From Heptranchias perlo (taxonomy: Eukaryota): a stretch of 64,000 nt of DNA. Below, in pieces: positions 1 to 13,300 of this stretch (its first letter is position 1; each line of letters opens with the position of its first letter). Below the pieces are notes generated by a model that had not been told where the DNA came from, made no database searches, and was given only the letters and a program-made list of their open reading frames with translations. The DNA lies in contig NC_090340.1 of assembly GCF_035084215.1 (NCBI RefSeq), forward strand, positions 36,952,001 to 37,016,000, written 5' to 3'. The translations under genes were made by a program, and so were the position numbers.

Positions 1-2330
1 ATTTTGAACATCTCTATCAAACCTCCTCTTAACCTTCTCTGTTTAAAGGGGAACAACCCCAGCTCCTCCAGTCCCTCCACATAATTGAAGTCCCTCATTT
101 CTGGTACCATTCTAGTAAATTTCTTCTGCATCCTCTCTGAGGCCTTGACATCCTTCCTAAAGTGTGGTGTCCAGAATTGAACACAATACTCCAGCTGAGG
201 CCAAACCAGTGTTTTATAAAGGTTTAGCATAACTTCCTTGCTATTGCACTCTATGCCTCTATTAATAAAGCCAAGGATCTCATATGCCTTTTTAACAGCC
301 TTCTCAACTTGTCCTGCCACCTTCAAAGATTCGTGTATGTACACCCCCAGGTCTCTCTGTTCCTGCACCCCTTTTAAAATTGTACCATTTAGTTTATAAT
401 GCCTCTTCTCATTCTTCCTACCAAACTGTATCACTTCACACTTCTCTGCATTAAATTTCATCTGCCATGTGTCTGCCCATTTCACCAGTCTGTCTATGTC
501 CCCCTGAAGTCTGTTACTATCCTCCACATAGTTTACTACATTTCCGAGTTTCTTGTCATCTGCAAACTTTGAAATTATACCCTGTATACCCAAGTCCAGG
601 TCATTGATATATATCAAAACGAGCAGTGGTCCTAATACTGACCCCTGGGGAACACGACTGTATACTTCCCTCCAGTCTGAAAAACAACCGTTCACCACTA
701 CTTTCTGCTTTCTGTCCCTTAGCCAATTTTGTATCCACGCTGCCACTGTCCCTTTAATCACATGGGCTTTAATTTTGCTAACAAGTCTACGTTGTGGTAC
801 TTTATCAAATGCCTTTTGAAAGTCCATATACACAACATCAAACCACACTACCCTCATCAACCCTCTCTGTTACTCCATCAAAGAACTCAATCAAGTTAGT
901 CAAACAATAATTTTCTTTTAACAAATCTGTGCTGACTTTCATTTATTACCCCATACTTTTCCAAGTGCCAATTAATTTTGTCCCAGATTATTGTCTTTAA
1001 AAGTTTCCCCACCACTACGTTAGGCTGACTGGCCTGTAATTTCCAGGTTTATCCCTCTTCCCTTTTTTAAACAGGAGTGTAACATTTGCAATCCTCCAGT
1101 CCTCTGGCACCCCCATATCTAAGGAGGATTAGAAGATTGTGGCCAGAACCTTTTCAATTTCCACCAATAATTCCCTCCGTAATCTAGGATTCATCCCATC
1201 TGGACCGGGTGACTTTTCTACTTTGAGTGCTGCCAACCTTTTAATACCTCCTCTTTATCTATTTTTATCCTATCCAGTATCTCTACTACCTCCTCTTTTA
1301 CTGTGACATTCTTCTTCTTTAGTGAAGACAGATGCAAAGTACTCATTTAGTACCTCAGCCATGCCCTCTGCCTCCACAAGAAGATCTCCTTTTTGGTTCC
1401 TAATCAGCCCCACCTTTCCTTTGATTACCCTTTTACTATTTATACTTTTGTAAAAGACTTTTGGGTTCCCTTTTATGTTACTCTCCAATCTACTCTCATA
1501 CACTCTCTTTGTCGCTCTTATTTCTTTTTCATTTGTCCTCTGTGTTTTTGTATTCAGCTTGGTTCTCTATTGAATTATGAACCTGACATTTATCATAAAC
1601 CTCCTTTCTCTGTTAATTTTAATCTCTATATCTTTAGTCATCCAGGGAGCTCCAGCATTGTATGCCTTTCTTTTCCCCCTCATGGGAATTTGTCTAGTGT
1701 ATACCCGAACTATCTCCTCCTTGAAGGCCTCTCAATGCTCATTTATTGTTTGACCTGCCAATCTTTGATTCCAATCTACCTGGGCGAGATCCCTTTTCAA
1801 CTCTCTGAAATTAGCTCCCTTCCAGTTTAGTATTTTCACATTTGATTTTTCCTTGTCCTTTTCCATAACTACTCTAAACCTAATGATATTGTGATCACTG
1901 TTTCCCAAATGCTCCCCCACTGAAACATGCTTCACTTGCCCCACCTCATTCCCCAGAACTAGATCTAGCACTGCTTCTTCGTTGGGCTAGATCTTGGGCT
2001 CAAGAAAGTTCTCTTGTACACATTTCAGGTATTCCACCCCCCTCTTTGCCCTTTACACTGTTATTTTCCCAGTCTATATTAGGATAATTGAAGTCCCCAT
2101 TATCACTACTCTATAGTTTTTGCATCTTTCCGCAATTTGCCTGCACATTTGCTCCTCTATCTCCTTCCCACTATTTGGTGGTCTATAGTATACACCCAGA
2201 AGTGTAATAGCTCCTCTATTGTTCCCTAATTCTAACTAAATAGATTCTGTCTGAACCCTCAAGTACATCATCCATTTCTAGCACTGTAATGGTATCTTTG
2301 ATCAATACTGCCACACTCCCTCCTTTTTTA
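1..2330 (-). mobile_element. Degraded CR1 LINE (endonuclease-RT region)
   Basis: Minus-strand fragments LDLVLGNE...HLGNSDHNIIRF and NPKVFYK...AEVLNEYFASVFT; reverse complement of the VPQGSVLGP region near 620-650. Confidence 0.9.
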
Positions 2331-3154
2331 CCTGGAATAGTCTGAAACTAGATTTTACTACAACTTGTTGATTGGGAAACTTCAGTTAAAGTTGCATTTA
2401 TGAAAAAGGGAGAACAGATTTGAAAATTAGCATGAGACTGGAGTTGATCAAAGTTGTGGAATAGATTTTACACTTTTAAGTAGTGAGTTTGGAAAATGAG
2501 CTTTAATATGTTTTCACCATCAAGTTTGGGTCATAGAAAGTAAACCAGTGACATATAGGTAGCTGATATATGCAGTAAGATGGTAGAAGAGAAAAATAAG
2601 TGACCATTTATGTAGAACAGAATATAGCTGAACAGCAATAGGGTGCTACTAGTGAGGGTTAGGTCCTGGATGGAAGAGTGAAGAATCATATATGATAAGA
2701 GAAAATAGATAGCTCTGACAGAGCAGACAGAATAACAGTCTGAAAATGATTTTGCAAAATGATCAAGACTAAAAGATAGACCTGCTGACAGGATGAGAAT
2801 AGCCAAGCTTTAACATCTCAGGAGGAACATTTGTAAAGAAATCAAAGAGCTTGAAAGAAAGAGATTTGACAGCATATTGGGCTTGAGTTTGATCCAATCC
2901 AAATTGATAGGTTTAAAAATCACTCTGCCTGCCAGCTGCTAAAAGCCTTGAGTGAGATTTGACCCAGTTTCCTTTGGATACTCTCCATGGCCCTTAATTC
3001 AACACTAATCAAGGGATCTCACTCAGAAGCCCCAAGTACAACTGGCACAAAAAGTAGAAATATCACGCTATAGTACAGTACTTTTTTAGTTGTTAATGTG
3101 TTGCTACAAGTTACATATCTACTTGAGACAAACTATTTTAAATTCTGCTGAGTT

Positions 3155-3735
3155 ATATAGAATGTACAGCACAGAAACAGGCCATTCTACCCATGCTGGT
3201 GTTTATGCTCCACACGAACCCTATTTCATCTAACACTACCAGTATATCCTTCTATTCCTTTCTCCCTCATGTATTTATCGAGCTTCCCCTTAAATGCAAC
3301 TATGCTAGTCACCTCAACTACTCCTCGTGGTAGAGCGTTCCACATTTAAACATCTCTGGTTAATGAAGTTTTTGATGAATTGCTATTGGATTTATTAGTG
3401 ACTATCTTATATTTACGGCCCCTAGTTCTGGTCTCTCCCGCAAGTGGAAACATCTTCCCTATGTCCACCCTATCAAACCCTTTCACAATCTTAAAGACCT
3501 CTATTAGGTCACCCCTCAGTCATTAGGTCACCTTCTCTTTTGTAGAGAAAAGAGCCCCAGCCTGCTCAATTTTTCCTGATAGGTATAACCTCTCAGTTCT
3601 GGTATCATCCTCATAAATCTTTTTTGCACCTTCTCCAGTAATATCCTTTTTATAATATATCCTTTTTATAATATGGAGACCAGAACTGTTCGCACTACTC
3701 CAAGTGTGGTCTAACCAAGATTCTATACAAGTTCA
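3155..3735 (-). mobile_element. CR1 LINE 3' fragment
   Basis: Reverse complement of the RPHLE.C.QFWSP region at about 3670-3715; CR1-type 3' end near 3160-3200. Confidence 0.75.
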
Positions 3736-4179
3736 AAGTGGAAAATACTCACTTTGGCATAGACAAGTTTACAACAGGGCTATTTCTAGACTCAAAGGAA
3801 GGATGGTACTGTGCATTGGTGCCCCAATACACCAAACACAGAGGTATGGTTGAACCTGAAATTCCCTGCACAGCAAACTACCAGTCTCAGCTGTTCTTCT
3901 GTGATGAGGTACCTAGAGAATGGGAGGCGTCTCAGAAGGTAGGACGTTTTAAAGTGAACCGTATCTTTATTTCTTACTTATGAAGTTTGTTAGTTTGAAT
4001 GGGGGTGCCCTTCAGAGCTTGGGTTTAAGGCACGTTGTTATGGCCATTTAGAAGAATTTCTGAGCAACATCTGATTTGTATTATACCTGACCTGCAAAAA
4101 AAAATCATGCTGGCAAAAAGAGTAAAGTGTTCCATTCACCTTATTGGGTTATCCTCTTACATTAATGAACATAACAATT

Positions 4180-5330
4180 AGAGGAAAGTTTGAAATAGAC
4201 AAAGGGAAGAAATAGTATAGTAACACTGATTCAAAAATTGAAAAGAAGGCCATCACTGAGATAAATAACACAACAAATAGCAGTGAGACAGTGATTTATT
4301 GCTTTTTGGAGGATCTGCGAGAGTGTATGGAACAAAGAGACAAATCCAGAGAATTATAGAAAATACGTAATTCCCAAAATTCCAAAGGAAGGAGCCAGAA
4401 CAATGTTTGATAACTGCAACGTGATGACCTTTCTGTGGATTAGCAGAAAGGTAATGAAGACAATTCTGTTAAAAAGAATTGGAGAGAGGCAGTAAACAAC
4501 AATGAAATGGAGGAAGCAATAGCGAAGCTTCAGAAAGAACCATTCATGTGTCAAAGAAAATTTCGTCCTAAAACAACTAATTGAGAAAAGCCAAGAATTT
4601 CAATGGAATCTCATCAGGTTTATAGATTTTTTTCAAAAGATCTTTGGCCAAGTGCAAAGGTAAATTTTAGGATAGTTGTGAGATTAGGTGGTATTCAAAT
4701 AAAACAAAATAGCACCACTGTCTGAAGATTTGTACGCAGGTTTTAAACATGCAGTTAAAGTTGATGGTTGATCAAATTTGTTTTGTGATAAAGGCTGGCA
4801 TCGGACAGCAATGTATTATTCTTGGTTTTAGGTCAGCTACACAAGGCATTGTGAAATCGGCTGTGCACAGAGAAAGATTAAATGGAAAGGGAGCAAATTA
4901 CAGAAATATATTGATTTTTTCAAACAGCACAATTCCAGAGTCTGAAAATGATTGTGAAAAAGTTGATATGGCCACAAGAAGCATTGATTCATTCATAAAC
5001 ATGATAAAGGCAGATTCGATGGTAATTAGAAAAAGATACAAATGAATAATGTGTCATTAAGGGCGAAATTTAAAGCTGTGATAATAATCAATGTTTGAGA
5101 AGAATAATGTAAAATATAAGGACCACAGAACCACCATAAAAATCAGAGCAGAAATAAAATGGCCCCTAATGGTGGATTCCATCAAATGTAAGGTCAGTAT
5201 GTTTTGGGCATTCACACAGAGTAAACAGTAGCCCACTCCAGAATAGGCCACTGTACTGAAGAAGGAAGGGAGAGGATATCAAATGAAATCTGAAACTGGC
5301 TGGACTCAGCTGAATAAGTGCCAGAAATGC
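4180..5330 (+). mobile_element. Highly degraded RTE-like LINE remnant
   Basis: At about 4560-4660 it reads FVLKQLIEKSQEF...FIDFF, resembling the RTE RT pattern (IF.LRQl.EK..E......FIDF.KAFD). Boundaries approximate. Confidence 0.45.
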
Positions 5331-5335
5331 AGCAC

Positions 5336-6136
5336 ATGGGACATAATCTTAGCCGGAGCCGGGAAGGGGGCGGGGGTTCGAATCGCGGACGGGAATCCCG
5401 GAAGTACGGGTTTCCCAGGCGTCCTTAGGATTTTGAAGTTTTTTTTTGGTTTCCTGTCCGACATGCCGACCTGATTGACAGGCTGGTCTCAGTCGGATGG
5501 GAGAAGAGCAAGGAAGAGGTAAGTGAACAGGTAAGTCTTAGATTGTATGGATGTGGGGTGGGGCAATGTGGTGAGCATGGAGGCATGGGGGCATTGGCAG
5601 GCATGAGGGTCACTGGGAAGGATGCAGTCATCCGGGCGGGGGGAGGTGTCAGTCATCGGGGGTTGTCAATCATTGGGGGGGGGGAGGGTCAAGACGGGGG
5701 GTCATCACGGGGATCGCGATCGTTGGGCTGGGTTGGGGTCGCGATTGTTGGGAGGGTTGGCGATCGTAGCGGGGGTCACTGCAGGTAGGCTTGTTGAGCC
5801 TGGGGAAAGCACTCCTGCTTCTCTGGGCCCACAAGCAGTGCTATTAAGCACTTACTTGCAGTTTCGGGCCTTCTCGCCACCTCTCATGCAGCGTTGAGGT
5901 CTGGGAATCTCGGCCCTCAGAGGTTGGAATCGCGAAACCTTTCAAAATGGAGGCCCGCAGCCTCCTTGAAAGCTTTTAATGAGCAACCCACCTCCTGAGA
6001 GCGGGTTGGTTGCCTGCCCCTCATCCCGCCCCGGTGAAAGCCGGAAATGGGCGGATTGGGGGCGGATCTGAAATTGTTGCAATTTTCAATGCCCCCCTCC
6101 AACCCACCCATTTTTCCCATTTAAAATCCTGCCCAT
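5336..6136. mobile_element. GC/CpG-rich non-autonomous DNA element (MITE/Harbinger-like); contains the duplication breakpoint
   Basis: GC-rich island in AT-rich DNA with imperfect inverted ends atggga..aatctt / aaaatcctgcccat. Confidence 0.55.
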
Positions 6137-7027
6137 GATCTTCCAAAGTGTGGTGTCAGTTGGACATAAAAACACCACCACATCAGACTTTTCCCAAATA
6201 AAATGAATGTTTTTGACCTTTCAACCGATTTAATTTCTGTAATTGAATTAATCTGTACTAATGATACAGATAGAACTGTGGGAATGAAACTTTTCATGAC
6301 TCACTAAGTAGGTACTTTGTTCCGCTGTGTGATACTATTACAAGAGTGCAAAATACCACTGGAATCTCACCCACATCTGCAGTAATTGTTTTTGTCTTTA
6401 CCAGCACTTGCAAGTTAAAAGGAAACACACATGTACTGAAAGGCAAAGTGAGCTGGGGTAATGTTGTTTTGTCTCAGTAAACTGTACTAAAGTTCAGCCT
6501 AAGCAGTTAGGACAATACATCTCCCTCTGACGGCTAATTATAGATCCTTTTGTGAAATGACTGGGTAGTTGCAGTCTCATTCCCAGTAGACATAAGTCAA
6601 CAGCTCAAAATTTCCTTTTCCTGCAGAAATTCATTGTTCCTGATTTTGCCACAATTTCCATTGTGTTTGGGTCAGAACATAGCTTTAACGCTGAAATCTA
6701 AATTCCTGACCAGTGCATTTGAACAACCCAAATTCAAAATTGTCAGCCTGGGTACGCTGCTTACTCTTTGACTATGTTAAACAGATGGGACAGAATATCT
6801 TCTCTGATGACTAATTAATTGCTGTAGTATCTAAAGAGTAGGTGTTGACCCTAAAATTTAATTAAACCTATACCAAGTGATCTACTGACCCTTAGAATTA
6901 ATGAATGACCCTTTAGATTCTGCTGTAAATACATACCAGATGCATGTCTAACATGAGCTTGTTGCATTTTAAGATGACATCAATAAAAGGAATACAATAT
7001 TTATCCTTATTCCTTTTATCTTTGTAG

Positions 7028-7357
7028 CACCTCCTACAGTTTCAGTAAATACTCCAAATATTATCATTGAACCTGGGGAAGACAAAACAATAATTTGTGA
7101 GATGAAAAACTTTTATCCAGAAAACCATTCTGTCTCTTGGTTAAAAAGTGACTCAAAAGACAGTGGAAACCAAGTCGCTATCACATCAAGAGCGGTTACA
7201 GGATTACCTCAACAAAATCAAGATGGGACATTTAATCTGCTTTCATTCCTAATTATCAACGGCAACCAAACAGATGATGGAGCTTCTTACATCTGTGAAG
7301 TTAATCATGAAGCTTTAAAGACACCTCTACAAAAAGCTGTTAGTTTGACCATCAAGG
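7028..7357 (+). CDS. Exon: Ig C1-set domain (predicted extracellular; resembles B7-H6/tapasin/SIRP-type C1 domains)
   Basis: ttgtag|CA CCT..., AAG G|gtgagt. Translation PPTVSV...[19 protein letters not shown]...[12 protein letters not shown]...[16 protein letters not shown] has both Cys, FYP, the core Trp, DGTF and YxCxVxH. Sequons NHS and NQT. Confidence 0.93.
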
Positions 7358-10300
7358 GTGAGTAATAATAAAGGAGAATAGTACCTAGTAAATGACGAGC
7401 AACATTTCATTCTTCTGATTCTTCTGATTGAGCATGAATTCTGTTTTATTTTCACTTGGAGGAACTTGTTTTGAATTTGTGTAACTGAGCCACACTACAT
7501 GACGAGTTATTATAAGGAACAGACATTATCCAGTTCCTACACATGTAAACATCTGTTCCTTACAATGAGCCTCACCATATTTTAATTTTGGCCCAGTTTA
7601 TCTTCTTCATTCAGATTGTTCCTTGCTATCCTGCTCTTTGAAATGCAGACAATTGTTGAATGTTTTTCAGAAAATGTTCACAAAGGTATTACAATAGAAA
7701 TTCTGAAGAACTTTCATATGAATTTACTAGAAATGTACAAGACAACAAAGCAGTAGTATTGTCATCATACTCCATTCTAAATATTAATACTATATCTGAA
7801 TTATGTGGAATTCAGTTCATTCTGCTAACCCTTGGTCAAAATATGCAAAAACACAGTTATTTACTGTTGGGAACCAACAGTTTTCATAACTATTATTAGT
7901 AAAGATTCAACCAGTTTATTTTTTGATCAGTCAGCTATCCAACAGATACATAAATCCATCAGCATGTTTAAGAGTCTCTGAACCCCAAGCTACGTGTAAA
8001 ATTTTAATATGGAGTCCACACACTCTCCCTATTGGGACACAAACCCACTCTCTTAAGTCTAGTGAGCTTAGGTGTAGATTGGCAGAGCCAGGGCTTAGGT
8101 ACTCCCAAGTGTGCACAGGAATAGTGCTGCAGCTAAAACCCACTCATTGGTTTGCAGAGTTATCTGAAGCCAATGGAAAAATTCCCAGCCCCTAGTGACA
8201 AATCTACCCCATCCAAGTTCCATTAGTGAGCCAGATTGACAGGTCAGTCATCAACATTGCTCTGGAGCACTTGGGATCCGCTTGGCTCAGATATTGGATT
8301 ACGAGTCTGCCATGGAGAGTTAACTAAGTTCTGAATTTCTATAACCACTTGTATCATTTTGGAGCCATCTTGAACCCAAATAGATCCCAATTACCCCCTC
8401 CCCGCACCCCCCCAACCAAGAGGGTTGTAGCTGTTTTGTCAATAGACAATTGACAAATGCAGGTTTGAGTCCTTGCTAGTTGGCACTAAGAGCTCCTCAA
8501 AGTGGTGTAGTAAGCATCAGAACTGACCATGAAATGTGTGAGTGCATTGCCATTATCCTCCTGACCACAGCATGGACACACATCATACACCATACTAGTT
8601 GGAGATGTGCAGCTTGAGGACCACCTCTTTGCCTCTCTGCAAGCCAACCATGTTAGGTATTGGGCCCTGGAAATATGAGAACAGGGCTTCCAGTTATCCC
8701 CTTCCAGCACCAGTCATCCCAAGTCTCAGAGTTTCCTCATCAGCTATTAAACAGACATCTGCCTTCAACTTGGTGGAAGAATCTACTCAGGGCAGCTTGT
8801 GTCATGCGATACATCTTAGTGTTCTAAATGTCCCAAGTCCAAGCTGCTGAATTCAGGTCCTCATTGAGGGCATTATCAGAGGTATGTCCGCCATGGTATT
8901 CAGTGACAGATCAGTGTAGGCTGGAGCCATCCCTCTTTGCAGCCTCTTATCCTTTTGTGCCACTGTTTGATCCTGGATCTTGCACATAGGCCAGAAGAAG
9001 CTTTTCCATTGCATGCGTGGGAGTATAAGTATAAATGTATGTTTAATAAATGTCCTCCAACCCTGTTCTTTTATATTACATTATCATGTTGTCGTGCTAC
9101 TTGTCAACACATGGCTTTTTTCTTAATCACCATATCCCACTTCATGTTTTATCACCAGCAAAAGAAAGGCCTTGATGCAAGCCAGCTCTTGATCTTTAGA
9201 GTGGAAAAGAAAATGCTTTATTTTCTAAATTAGGGCCTGGAGCATGAGTTGCCAGCACATCTGGGTTGCAGAGTGAGGCTGGGTGGAATATTGGAACAAT
9301 AAGTAACTATTTTTGTGTTGACCTCACAATATAAATGGCAATGCAGACACTGAACTGTCACAAGTTTTAAATTTATTTCTTGTTGAAAGAATTCCATTTG
9401 CGAAGGAATTGGAGCCCTCTGAGATATAGATATATTTAAAAATGTCAAGAATTACAATAGGGGATGGAGTATTGTATGATTTCTTTATTTACAGCAGGGG
9501 TCTTGTCCATTTCACCAGACATTGTAAATGAAATAGCAGATTCTGCATCATTTATCAATCAAGATGCTGCTTTATGCTGCACTGCAACAAAATTTAAAAT
9601 TCTATTTTCTGCCACAAGCTCAGTCTTGCTATAACCAGCACAGAGAAACAGCAACAAATAAAGATAAATAATCAATAACACATCTTTGGTCTTGCGTTTT
9701 TTTTAGGTTCCAACCCAAGAGTCCGATCAGGGGCAATTCTCACAACTACTGTTCTAACTTTTGTGATCACGGCAGCTATTTGCTTTGGAACATTTATTTT
9801 CTACAGCAATAAAAGAGCAGGTAAATAACCAATCTTTTTAAAATTTGTTTTCGGGATCAGGTGACTTTGGCAAGGCTGCATTTATTGCCCTGAGAAGGTG
9901 GCGGTGGGCCTTTTTGAACCACAGCAGTCCTTGTGGTGATGATGCTCCCTCAGTGGTGTTAGGTAGAAAATTTCAGGATATTGACCCAGTGACAATGAAT
10001 CAATTTTAAAGATAACACTATTTCCTTCTGTCTCTGGTACCATACATTGTAATTGTTCTTTTCAGCCACAACATTTAAATGTGCATCGCATTCTAACCAG
10101 ATTTGTATACCTGCCGACCACTAGCTTTATAAGCTGACATTTAGTGCTTCAGCCCATGTGTCAGCTTGTCAGCATTTCAGAAGAGAGATCGACTTTTGTT
10201 CACTGGGATTGAAGGTTGTCAATCAATCAGATCAGTTGAAAGGTATCACCGAGCTTCTATCCGAGAAACGTAAAGAGAATGGAACACTAAAATAAATTTA

Positions 10301-13300
10301 AAATAGTGGGGAAAATGATCAATGCAGCACAGTACTAGAATTACAGTTTAATTTTTTCTGGAAAAGAACAATGGGGTGATTCTGTTCCTTTGTTTTTCAG
10401 TTGCTCCCAAAGTGACAGATATTATAAAACCAAACCATTTCCATGTGGATGATCCACTCTCTCTGGCTTGTGCAGTTCTCTGGTTCAAACCGAAAGCAAT
10501 TGGTGTCTCTTGGTACAGAGAGGAAGAGGGTAAATTCCAGAGGGTTCTCATCAGTAAATGGAACAGCACCTCATCTTCTATAAAACAACGTGAATACAGG
10601 AGCAATGAAGATTATTTTCAGAGTGAAAAGGAACAAGATGAAACAATGTCCTTCACAAAAGGAGAATATGACACTACCTTTACTTTGAAACAACACAAAG
10701 GAAGTGGAACGTATAGTTTAATATCTCAGCTAACCTTCAAACATGCATCAACTGCAAGAGTAAAACTGATGTATTCCTTTGAAGTCCAGCATGATTCTCT
10801 AAAGCAAACTATTTCAAAAGTACTTGTTTTAGAAATCCAAGGTGAGTTGCTGTGTTCTACTGCATAAGAAATCTAAAGAATGTTGGAATTGTTTTAATCT
10901 GTGCCAAAATGCGCATGATTAAATAACAAAATAGAAATCCTTTGCCAGTACATAGTTGTGTATAATATTATAGCCTACAAATTATTGTGTGCAATATTAG
11001 CATACAAGCACTTAACACATTCAGTTGAATTCCTCTGTCTATTATTTTAATGGACACACTAACCCATTTGAAATACTTGGATTAATGCCTTTGTTAAAAT
11101 AGTGGGCAGTGGAATGGTTAAGTATTCATATGTTAATTTTGCACAGTAATTTCTGGGATATCTCTGAATGCTTTGACTGTTCTTAACATGCCCCCAGTCA
11201 AATGAGCAGGATGTACTGCCAGGATACCAAAATATTAACCAGATTGCTGAGATTGAAATGTTGGTAGCCCATCTGCTGCTCCTTTTACCCAAGTGATGAA
11301 ATGTGTACACTTAGAAGTTTAGTTGTAGAAAAGAGGATTGAAAGGCCAGAAACCCACCAAAAATGTAGTACATACGTTGTGAAGGGAGGTGGCTGTGGTA
11401 CTGCCATCTCCTTGAACACCAGGACTACTTTGCAGTGCAGAAGGAAGTTTAATGACCTCAGCGAAGCAGCCCAGGTAAGCCAACTGTTCTCCCTTACCTT
11501 TCCTTGCAGTGTCTTTGTATGTCTAGCACTCCTTCATTCATTACCTTCACAGTCCCAGAGGAGTCAGGGGTGAAAGTGAGATCTTATAATGGGGAGCAAA
11601 GGCTTTGCAGAAGTAACCTTACTGGCTCCCAAGCCTGTGGCCTCAGAACTCTGAGGTTCTGCTCTAAAAAGAAAGTCACTGGATGAACATCAATCTCATA
11701 TTGAGCCAATGAGGGCCATCTCAGATGACCTGAGACAGATGGCAGGGGTCATGGCAAAGCTCAATGTCATTCTTAGTGCCAACATCCAAAAAAAATTTGA
11801 CAGAATGCAGCACTACCTGGAGTGAAGTGGTTTGTAGGTGCTGGTGGAAGGATACCTCCTAGTTGGTCTTCTCCTCCTTTGGTGTAGCCTTATCTTTTAA
11901 TACTCTGTCATTTCCTCTTCCTCGAGCTCCTGTTCCGCCTCCATTATAAGGATATATATGGGAATGGCCGTAGTGAACCCCATGGTAAGGGTTCCATGAC
12001 AGAAGGGTGGGAAGAAAAAGATTTCCTGCCTGAAACTGCTGAAAGACAGTTTGCAGAATCCTTTTTAAGTTGTGCAGCTGAGAATACATTGTTGTAATTA
12101 CTTCAGTCAAAGTTGATGTTTCAGATAAAGATTTTCATACAAGTAACTCAATCCTTTTTTCTACAGATTTAAGTTAAGTCAAGTGCAATTCTGGTGTAAA
12201 TGTTGGAATTTCCAGGACAGCAGCTTTTGCCCTCATTACCCTGTCATTTGCAAACATGCAGCAATTTGGGGAAGGGAACATCTTCTGCCCACAGCCAATT
12301 CTACTGGAATTTTGCATGTATTTTAGAATGGGTGTAACTCTGGCGTACACCCCAAATTTTGGTCCTCTGCACCAGAACTACACCATTTTTGCCCCAAATA
12401 TTCTTGGTACTTTGGGAACTTTTTCTTTAAATTAAACAAACAAGAAAATATACCCTTTAAATGTTTACTTCATGACCAAGAGGTTTGAGACCTGCTCTGT
12501 GCGGAGTTGGCTCATCTATGGTGGAGTGGTGAGAGGGGTACCAAAATTGACCTCAGCACCAGTGGGTTAGGAAGAAGGAGAAAAAAAAATCAGCCAGGGG
12601 CTTGCTCCTGAGTGTTATGCAGCAACTCTTGCTGAAAGTGTGCATATATGAATGTCAGGTAAGGACAGGATCAGTCTCAACTATGACGCTGTCTATGCTC
12701 ACACCTGGAGAATAGATCAGGTATCAGAGATCAATAGATGCCCATAGAACCATACTTGAGCAAGGAGTCAATGCCTTATGAACATAAGAACATAAGAAAT
12801 AGGAGCAGGCGTAGGCTTTAAGGCCCCTCGAGCCTGCTGCACATTCAATCAGATCATGACTGATCTTCGACCTCAACTCCACTTTCCTGCCCGATCCGTG
12901 TACCACTTGATTCCCCTAGAGTCTAAAAATCTATCTATCTCAGCCTTGAATATACTCAACGACTCAGCATCCACGGCCCTCTGGGGTAGAGAATTCCGAA
13001 GATTCACAACCCTCTGAGTGAAGAAATTCCTCCTCATCTCAGTCAAATGGCCGACCCCTTATCATGAGACTATGCCCCCTAGTTCTAAACTCTCCAGCCA
13101 GGAGAAACAGCCTCTCAGTATCTACCCTGTCAAGCCCCCTCAGAATCTTATATGTTTCAATGAGATCATCTCTCATTCTTCTAACTCCAGAGAGTATAGG
13201 CCCATTCTACTTAATCTCTCCTCATAGGACAACCCTCTCATCCCAGGAATTAATCTAGTGAACCTTTGTTGCACTGCCTCTAAGGAAGGTATATCCTTCC

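Noticed and set aside
3738-3983. 81-aa ORF as the missing upstream (V-set) exon
   Set aside because: No V-set motif spacing and no convincing acceptor; it directly abuts a CR1 fragment.
5543-6120. Gly-rich ORFs and CpG richness as a gene or CpG-island promoter
   Set aside because: They lie within a repeat-like element with inverted ends; the ORFs are low-complexity and unsupported.
8486-8850. ORFs with faint resemblance to a Harbinger transposase
   Set aside because: Similarity too weak to support without a search.
10700-10790. GTYSLI and LMYSFE as ITIM/ITSM motifs
   Set aside because: Neither fits (S/I/V/L/T)xYxx(I/V/L) exactly, and both are core Ig beta-strand residues.
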